Assembly: GCA_046533775.1 (NCBI GenBank) | Contig: JAWDOO010000010.1 | Location: 1 to 15,043 of the forward strand | DNA from: Candidatus Nanopusillus sp. | GTDB lineage: Archaea; Nanobdellota; Nanobdellia; Nanobdellales; Nanobdellaceae | DNA: 15,043 nt | Direction: 5' to 3' | Shown here: one piece after another, positions 7,398-12,919 of the stretch | How the letters are laid out: every line of letters starts with the position of its first letter | How positions within the stretch are numbered: the stretch's first letter is position 1 | Program-made: the position numbers and the translations under genes | The notes under the pieces: model-generated | Told to the model about the DNA's origin: nothing | The model's database searches: none | What the model saw: only the letters and a program-made list of their open reading frames with translations

Positions 7398-8087
7398 ATG
7401 CTAAAAATAGAAGGACTAAATGTATATTCTGATAATAAAAAAATATTGGAAAATATAAATTTGGAATTTGAATATGGTAAATTATATTTAATATTTGGTC
7501 CAAATGGTTCTGGAAAAACAACACTAGCAAAAGCAATATTAAATGATGAAAGTTTAAAAAAAGAAGGAAAAATATTTTTAGATAATTTAGATATAACAAA
7601 TGAAAAGACTGAAAGTATAGCTAAATATATATATTATTCTTTCCAAGATCCTGTTGAAATAGAAAATATTAGAACAAGGACATTATTAATGTATATTTTG
7701 GATAATTTTGATGAAAAAAAGATATTGAATTTAGGAAAAGATTTAGGATTACCTGAAGATTTTCTAGATAGAGGGGTTAATTATAATCTATCTGGAGGAG
7801 AAAAGAAAAGATTTTCATTATTATTATCAATATTATTAAATAGAAAGGTTATTATATTAGATGAAATAGATTCTGGAGTAGATATAGAATTTTTAAATAA
7901 ATTAAAATACTATTTGGATCAATTTAAAAAAGAAAATAAGATAGTAATATTAATTTCTCATAATCTTAAATTTGTAAAAGAATTGGATATTGATGAAGTA
8001 ATAATATTAATTGATGGAAAGATAAAATATGTTGGAGATAAGAATATATTAAATAAGATTGAAGAATATGGATTCAAACTTTTTTAA
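7398..8087 (+). CDS. sufC: Fe-S cluster assembly ATPase SufC (ABC-type)
   Basis: It has Walker A GPNGSGKTTLAKAI, the ABC signature LSGGEKKR, Walker B ILDEIDSGVD and the H-loop ISHN. It is a soluble ATPase of about 229 aa followed directly by a SufB/D-like gene. Confidence 0.88.
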   Translation: MLKIEGLNVYSDNKKILENINLEFEYGKLYLIFGPNGSGKTTLAKAILNDESLKKEGKIFLDNLDITNEKTESIAKYIYYSFQDPVEIENIRTRTLLMYILDNFDEKKILNLGKDLGLPEDFLDRGVNYNLSGGEKKRFSLLLSILLNRKVIILDEIDSGVDIEFLNKLKYYLDQFKKENKIVILISHNLKFVKELDIDEVIILIDGKIKYVGDKNILNKIEEYGFKLF

Positions 8088-8667
8088 AGATTTATTTAAA
8101 AGGTATTATGAAAAAGTATTTGATAATTATAAAATAGTTGAAAAAGAATTTAATATAAATAAAGATCAATACATAGAAATTAATTTGGATAAAAATATTT
8201 ATTATAATGTTTTTAATATAAATAATTCCGAAATAAAAATAAGAATCAATAATAATGATATTTCAATGATATATAACGAATTTAATATAATTGGAAAAGT
8301 AAAGATAAACATTTTAATCAATAATTCTGGAAATTTAAGAATATATAATTTATATAAAGTAAATAGTAATTCTTCTTCAGATTCAATAGAAAAAATATAT
8401 AATAAAAATAATGTTGTTCTAATATCTAAAATATTTATTGATAAAAATTCTGAAAACTCTGAAGGGAGATTATCACAATATCTATTTGAAGAAAATGGTA
8501 TATCAATTCTATTACCTATATTGGATATAGAAAATAATAAATCAAAGGGATTTCATGGATCTAAAATATTAAAATTAACTGAAAAAGAAGAAAATTATCT
8601 AAGATACTTATCACTAAATAAAGAAGAAATAAAAAACATTTTAATAAGAGAATTTAATTTTATATAA
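8059..8667 (+). CDS. SufB/SufD-family Fe-S assembly protein, unusually short
   Basis: The C-terminal third, GRLSQYLFEENGISILLPILDIENNKSKGFHGSKILKLTEKEENYLRYLSLNKEEIKNILIREF, follows the SufBD core pattern 'q....lLs..a....P.LeI..ddV.c.HGa..g.l.eeqlFYL.sRGl..eeA..lli.gF'. It overlaps the sufC stop by 29 nt. The N-terminal 130 aa are repetitive, N/I-rich and beta-like. Confidence 0.7.
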   Translation: MKNMDSNFFKDLFKRYYEKVFDNYKIVEKEFNINKDQYIEINLDKNIYYNVFNINNSEIKIRINNNDISMIYNEFNIIGKVKINILINNSGNLRIYNLYKVNSNSSSDSIEKIYNKNNVVLISKIFIDKNSENSEGRLSQYLFEENGISILLPILDIENNKSKGFHGSKILKLTEKEENYLRYLSLNKEEIKNILIREFNFI

Positions 8668-8697
8668 AATTATAAACTTTAATTATATATTCTTTTA

Positions 8698-9675
8698 ATG
8701 GAAGAGGAGGAAAAGAAACAAATTAAAGATTTGGAAGATTTACCTGGTGTAGGTCCAAAAACTGCACAGAAATTAAGAGAAGCTGGAATATTTTCATTAG
8801 AAGATCTTGCCGTATCTTCTGTTCATGAATTAGTAGAAAAAGCTGGAATTGGGGAAGAAACTGCTAAGAAATTATTGGAAATAGCTCAAAATATTGTTGG
8901 ACAAGGATTTGTATCTGCATATGATTTTTATAGTTCAAGAAAAGCTGTTGAAAGAATAACTACAGGTTCAAAAGCTCTTGATGATTTACTTGGTGGGGGT
9001 GTTGAAACACAAGCATTGATAGAAGCTTTTGGTGAATTTGGTTCTGGAAAAACGCAATTAGGTCATCAATTATCAGTTAATGTTCAATTACCAAAGGAAA
9101 AAGGTGGATTAAGTGAACCTGATAAACCAGCTCAGGCAGTTTATATTGATACTGAAGGAACATTTAGACCAGAAAGAATTGTACAAATGGCGAAAGGTGT
9201 GGAATTAGATCCTGATAATGTATTAAAGAATATAATATTTATAAGAGCGTATAATTCAGATCATCAAATAAATATTGTAAAGAAAATACCAAGTTTAATT
9301 CATGAAGGAAGAAATATAAGATTAGTAGTTATAGATTCAATTACTGCACATTTTAGGGCAGAATATATTGGAAGAAGTAATTTAGCTGAAAGACAACAAA
9401 AATTAAATCAACACTTAAGAGATTTATTGAAACTAGCTACAGTTTATAATTTAGCAGTATATGTAACAAATCAGGTTATGGCAAAACCTGAAGGATTTTT
9501 TTCTTTAGATCAACAAGCGGTTGGGGGACATATTCTAGCTCATGCAATTACATATAGAATATTCTTAAGAAAGGGTAAAGAAAGAACAAGGATAGCTAGG
9601 TTAATTGATGCACCCCATTTACCTGAAAGGGAGGCAGTATTTAAAATAAGTGAGGAAGGCATTAGGGATGTATAA
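8698..9675 (+). CDS. radA: DNA repair and recombination protein RadA
   Basis: It has an N-terminal HhH domain ([20 protein letters not shown]), Walker [23 protein letters not shown], Walker B LVVIDS, and the C-terminal GGH.LAH...R..LRKG signature. No intein is present. Confidence 0.97.
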   Translation: MEEEEKKQIKDLEDLPGVGPKTAQKLREAGIFSLEDLAVSSVHELVEKAGIGEETAKKLLEIAQNIVGQGFVSAYDFYSSRKAVERITTGSKALDDLLGGGVETQALIEAFGEFGSGKTQLGHQLSVNVQLPKEKGGLSEPDKPAQAVYIDTEGTFRPERIVQMAKGVELDPDNVLKNIIFIRAYNSDHQINIVKKIPSLIHEGRNIRLVVIDSITAHFRAEYIGRSNLAERQQKLNQHLRDLLKLATVYNLAVYVTNQVMAKPEGFFSLDQQAVGGHILAHAITYRIFLRKGKERTRIARLIDAPHLPEREAVFKISEEGIRDV

Positions 9676-9708
9676 ACTTTATATTTAGATATTTTCTATT
9701 TTATATAT

Positions 9709-9960
9709 ATGGAAAGATATGAAGCATCATCCTTATTAAACAAACCGGTTGTTACAGACAAAGGTAGAAAGTTAGGGGAAATTGCAGATCTACAATTTGA
9801 AGAAAAAACAGGTGAAGTATTGAATATTATATTAAAGAATCCTACCGAAAATTCTGAAAGATTGGGATTGGAAAAAACAAAGGATGGATTTTTAGTACCA
9901 TTTGTGGCAGTAAAGGCAATTGGTGATTATGTAGTAGTTTCTGAAGAAGATTTAGTATAG
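9709..9960 (+). CDS. PRC-barrel domain protein
   Basis: 83 aa. LLNKPVVTDKGRKLGEIADLQFEEKTGEVLNIIL ... LVPFVAVKAIGDYVVV matches the small archaeal PRC-barrel pattern 'l.gk.V....G..lG.v.dv..d..tG.i'. Confidence 0.7.
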   Translation: MERYEASSLLNKPVVTDKGRKLGEIADLQFEEKTGEVLNIILKNPTENSERLGLEKTKDGFLVPFVAVKAIGDYVVVSEEDLV

Positions 9961-10050
9961 ATTTTATTTTAATTATATTAATTAAAAGACGAGTTTTATA
10001 ATTAATTTTTTATTATTAGTTAAATAAAAAAATAAAATAGCTTATTCTAA

Positions 10051-10269
10051 TTATTCTACAGGTTTTATAACGGATATATTATCACCCCTTAAGAATATCC
10101 AAGGTAATTTTTTATTGGTATCCAATTCTGTTACATCTTCTAATACCATGTTTGGATGAACATCAGAAGCTACCAATTTACCTCTATATTGTTTACCATT
10201 TTTCATTTCTACTATTATTTCTTTTCCTTTTGACTGTGTTATTATATCTAATGGTCTTACTATGTCCAT
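10051..10269 (-). CDS. Sm-like (LSm/SmAP) RNA-binding protein
   Basis: RPLDIITQSKGKEIIVEMKNGKQYRGKLVASDVHPNMVLEDV is the Sm1 motif and IFLRGDNISVI is the Sm2 motif. The start is placed at the second ATG (MDIVRPLD, 10269) because archaeal SmAPs begin just before RPLD. The ORF-track start at 10284 remains possible. Confidence 0.85.
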   Translation of the reverse strand: MDIVRPLDIITQSKGKEIIVEMKNGKQYRGKLVASDVHPNMVLEDVTELDTNKKLPWIFLRGDNISVIKPVE

Positions 10270-10289
10270 AAACAAAATATACAAGAAAG

Positions 10290-10314
10290 ATTTTATAAAT
10301 TTATTTTATAAATT
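10290..10314 (-). promoter_or_regulatory. tandemly duplicated TATA-like element upstream of the Sm gene
   Basis: On the minus strand AATTTATAAAAT occurs twice with a single A between the copies (plus-strand ATTTTATAAATT at 10290-10301 and 10303-10314). This fills most of the 40-nt gap between the rps8e stop and the Sm ORF. Confidence 0.4.
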
Positions 10315-10324
10315 GATTTAAAAA

Positions 10325-10744
10325 TTATTCTTTTATTAATGTTCCATTTATAATTCCATCTTGACCTGGTCTTGATGTTACTAAAACTTTTCCTATTTCA
10401 GTATTTAGTATAGCGTTTTTAGTTATTATTTTTTCTCTATCTAAGTTTTTATCATTTGGATTTTTAATAACACCCAATATTTTTACTCTTTTAATTTCTT
10501 TTGTTTCTGGATTAAGTACATTTACATATAAAGCACCCTTTAATTTTACTTTATAATTTCCACCTTTTGTTCTAAATATATATCTTATTTCTTCATTACC
10601 TTTTGATATTTTTGTTAGAATTGGATATCTTCCATAATTTGCTTTTCTTTTTTTACTATTAGGAGATTTTATTTTACCATTTTCTTTTCTTAAATCTCTA
10701 CCTTGGTAAACAGATAATCCTCCTTTTTTGTATATATTTACCAT
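10325..10744 (-). CDS. rps8e: 30S ribosomal protein S8e (eS8)
   Basis: YQGRDLRKENGK...KKRKANYGRYP..TKI, RTKGGNYKVKL, and C-terminal ITKNAIL.TE.GKVLVTSRPGQDGIINGTL match the eS8 pattern. Confidence 0.93.
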   Translation of the reverse strand: MVNIYKKGGLSVYQGRDLRKENGKIKSPNSKKRKANYGRYPILTKISKGNEEIRYIFRTKGGNYKVKLKGALYVNVLNPETKEIKRVKILGVIKNPNDKNLDREKIITKNAILNTEIGKVLVTSRPGQDGIINGTLIKE

Positions 10745-10765
10745 TTTATTTTTATGATAAAAAAG

Positions 10766-10779
10766 ATTTAAAAAATAAA
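10766..10779 (+). promoter_or_regulatory. putative tRNA-Leu promoter (A-rich BRE/TATA element)
   Basis: ATTTAAAAAATAAA ends 20 nt upstream of tRNA position +1. The identical 14-mer sits 23 nt upstream of tRNA-Phe on the other strand. Confidence 0.45.
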
Positions 10780-10799
10780 GTGTAATAAAAATAAAATAC

Positions 10800-10900
10800 G
10801 CGGCGGTGCCCGAGCGGTCAAAGGGGTCGGGCTTAAGACCCCAATTGGTAAGAAACCCGATGGGTTAGTCCCGCCAGGGGTTCAAATCCCCTCCGCCGCA
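10800..10900 (+). tRNA. tRNA-Leu (anticodon UAA), class II, with a 17-nt intron at the canonical 37/38 position
   Basis: Hand-folded cloverleaf. Acceptor stem is GCGGCGG/CCGCCGC with discriminator A. D arm is CCC-GAGCGGTCAAA-GGG. Anticodon stem is TCGGG/CCCGA with loop CTTAAG[intron]A. The long variable arm is TGGGTTAGTCCCGCC and the T arm is AGGGG-TTCAAAT-CCCCT. The intron at 10838-10854 (ACCCCAATTGGTAAGAA) forms a bulge-helix-bulge with the anticodon. CCA is not encoded. The gene is a GC-rich island in AT-rich DNA. Confidence 0.93.
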
Positions 10901-11017
10901 CTAAAAAAGCACTTTTATATTTTAATTTTAGTTAATATTCTGATATAATAAAATAATTATAGTACAATATTATAACTTGTTTTATATATATTTACTTTAA
11001 AAAACATTATTTAACAC

Positions 11018-11031
11018 AAAAAATTTATAAA
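11018..11031 (+). promoter_or_regulatory. BRE/TATA-like promoter for the 11059 surface-protein gene
   Basis: AAAAAATTTATAAA lies about 30 nt upstream of the ATG at 11059 and has the same core as the histone promoter element. Confidence 0.45.
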
Positions 11032-11034
11032 TCC

Positions 11035-11048
11035 AAAAAAAAAAAAAA
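11035..11048 (+). repeat. A14 homopolymer tract
   Basis: Fourteen consecutive A residues, read directly from the sequence, lie between the TATA-like box and the start codon of the 533-aa gene. Confidence 0.98.
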
Positions 11049-11058
11049 CAGATAAAAT

Positions 11059-12660
11059 ATGGGTATGAAATCTATTTCTCCAATAATAGCAACTATATTA
11101 ATTATCGTAATGACCGTAGCGATTGCGGGAATATTTTATGCATTTACTTCAGGTATGTTTGGTTCTATAACCCAATCCTCATCCCAACAAATCCAACAAC
11201 AATCTCAAGTAACATCTTTTACAATAAATAATGTATATTGTTCAAATAATACATTATATTTTAATATATATAATAATGGAAATATACCAATAAATATAAA
11301 TAATTCTCAAATAATGTTTACAGATAATAATGGTAATACTATATCTGTAAATGGTTATTATATTATATGTAATAATGGAAATATAATACCTTCTGGAAGT
11401 AATAGTTTATGTTATATAATAAATTCTTTATGTTATTATAGTTATACAGATCATGTAACAACTACTAATTTTGTATATAATGGAATAAGTTATAATTATA
11501 ATATACCAAGTGATAATAATTTTAATATAATATACTATCTTAGTAATTATCCAATAATAATATATAATACTCAATCTATATCTACTCCACAACTATTCCA
11601 ACAAGATATAGCAATATGTAATGGAAGTATAAATATTGGTAATAATTTTGCATATGTAAATAATCAATCATTATTTAATCAAATAAATTCAAACGGACAA
11701 AATGTATTATTCTTTAATCCAGATAATGGACAATTACTTTATTCGTGGTATGAAGGACAATTAAATTATGGAAATACATATTGTGATGTTTGGTGGGTAA
11801 AATTACCTCAAGGAATTAATGCTAGTTCAAGTGTAACTATTTATATGTATATAGGACTTAATAATTCTAATTATTATCAACAATATTATCCATATGTAGG
11901 AACTAATGAACAAGTTTTAGGAACTATGCAATATGATAATGGACAAGATGTATTTGTAGCATATGGATACTTTAGTAATACATTTGATGGATGGAGTGGA
12001 TATATTTATGCAGAATCATTTTCTCCAACAGCAACTCCATATGGTATTGAAATGATGAATAACATACTTTGGGAAGGTACATATATTTTACCTCCAAATA
12101 ATTGGAATATTCCAAAAATACCTTTAATTGTTGAAGAAGCCTGGTATTATGGGGGAGGATCTCCAAATGATGATTCAAATGCCATATCCTTATTTGGAAA
12201 TACAAGCAATCAAATAATGGCTAATCATGTTTGGGGCGGGAATTATGTTAATGTACCAGCATCGAGTTCATCTACATTTTCGCAATTTGATTATTGGATT
12301 AATAGACAAAGAGACATCTTAGCCTCTGCAGTAACAAATCAACTTTTAAATTCTACATACTTTCCTAACTCGGGAGGGACTGTTTATTCATATTTAATAG
12401 TTAATTCCACATATGCACAAACAGGATATTATATTTATAATTCTAATCAAGCATGGGTTCCATTAACATTATTAGATACATATAATATAAACTATAATGG
12501 ATATACATATTCTAATTTAAATTATAATCCTTATCGATATCCAACATTAGAAATATCCGCAGGTACCGGTAGTGGAGGTGGCTCATATCAATATGTAGAA
12601 TGGGTAATTGCTAGAGCATATCCTCCAAATGGTGTAATGCCTTCAATTTATATTAGTTAA
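11059..12660 (+). CDS. secreted/surface protein with an archaeal class III (type IV pilin-like) signal peptide and a large Asn/Tyr-rich extracellular region, possibly with a DUF2341-like C-terminal domain
   Basis: The N-terminus MGMKS|ISPIIATILIIVMTVAIAGIFYAF is the typical archaeal prepilin/'flagellin N-terminal-like' segment: a short basic leader, then ISPIIATILLI and a hydrophobic helix. A Q/S linker (QSSSQQIQQQSQ) follows, then beta-rich N/Y/I sequence with several N-x-S/T sequons. The segment YSWYEGQLNYGNTYCDVWWVKLPQGINASSSVTIYMYIG resembles the DUF2341 pattern (.vWVKvP.l......iymYyG) as I remember it. Confidence 0.85.
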   Translation: MGMKSISPIIATILIIVMTVAIAGIFYAFTSGMFGSITQSSSQQIQQQSQVTSFTINNVYCSNNTLYFNIYNNGNIPININNSQIMFTDNNGNTISVNGYYIICNNGNIIPSGSNSLCYIINSLCYYSYTDHVTTTNFVYNGISYNYNIPSDNNFNIIYYLSNYPIIIYNTQSISTPQLFQQDIAICNGSINIGNNFAYVNNQSLFNQINSNGQNVLFFNPDNGQLLYSWYEGQLNYGNTYCDVWWVKLPQGINASSSVTIYMYIGLNNSNYYQQYYPYVGTNEQVLGTMQYDNGQDVFVAYGYFSNTFDGWSGYIYAESFSPTATPYGIEMMNNILWEGTYILPPNNWNIPKIPLIVEEAWYYGGGSPNDDSNAISLFGNTSNQIMANHVWGGNYVNVPASSSSTFSQFDYWINRQRDILASAVTNQLLNSTYFPNSGGTVYSYLIVNSTYAQTGYYIYNSNQAWVPLTLLDTYNINYNGYTYSNLNYNPYRYPTLEISAGTGSGGGSYQYVEWVIARAYPPNGVMPSIYIS

Positions 12661-12777
12661 ATTTTCAATATTAAAAAATAATTTATTATTTAAAGTATGT
12701 TAGAAATTTTCTCTAGTAAATTTAATTATTTCCCTTATAACAATTATCTCGATAATTACTTTTATAATATCAAAACC

Positions 12778-12851
12778 TGGGGCGGGTGGGATTTGAACCC
12801 ACGACCTTCCGGTCTTCAGCCGGACGCTCTCCCGGTCTGAGCTACCGCCCC
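12778..12851 (-). tRNA. tRNA-Phe (anticodon GAA)
   Basis: The reverse complement folds as GGGGCGG-TA-GCTC-AGACCGGGA-GAGC-G-TCCGG-CTGAAGA-CCGGA-AGGTC-GTGGG-TTCAAAT-CCCAC-CCGCCCC-A, which is 74 nt. All four stems are perfectly paired. There is no intron and CCA is not encoded. Confidence 0.95.
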
Positions 12852-12874
12852 TTTAATTATCAATATTTTCATTA

Positions 12875-12888
12875 TTTATTTTTTAAAT
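12875..12888 (-). promoter_or_regulatory. putative tRNA-Phe promoter (A-rich BRE/TATA element)
   Basis: The minus strand reads ATTTAAAAAATAAA, identical to the 14-mer upstream of tRNA-Leu, and ends 23 nt before tRNA position +1. Confidence 0.45.
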
Positions 12889-12919
12889 TTTTCAAATTTA
12901 AAACATTCTTTAATTTATA

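Noticed and set aside
7543-7612. C box-like ATGATGA (7543-7549) and D box-like CTGA (7609-7612) spaced about 60 nt apart, suggesting a C/D box sRNA
   Set aside because: It lies inside the sufC coding sequence. There are no internal C'/D' boxes and no terminal complementary stem. Both short motifs are expected by chance in this composition. Other ATGATGA occurrences (for example near 2054 and 12051) also lack a partner D box.
800-12205. Other short track ORFs nested in or antisense to assigned genes (800-985, 2447-2665, 3114-3296, 4309-4578, 5394-5591, 7345-7599, 11972-12205)
   Set aside because: Each lies within, or largely overlaps, a longer gene with clear family motifs on the opposite strand. 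Their translations are repetitive L/I/F/Y/Q strings typical of AT-rich antisense frames.
12742-12757. Palindrome AATTATC-TC-GATAATT just downstream of tRNA-Phe
   Set aside because: It is short and AT-rich, and the tRNA is already followed by a T-run (GGTTTTG on the minus strand) that can act as its terminator. There is no evidence that it is more than chance.
10800-12851. The interval bounded by two tRNA genes as an integrated mobile element or genomic island
   Set aside because: There is no integrase, transposase or phage-like gene. No direct repeat of a tRNA 3' segment could serve as an att site, because the only shared tRNA sequence is the universal T-loop. The interval holds a single gene. 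It is kept only as a possible variable locus under the surface-protein finding.
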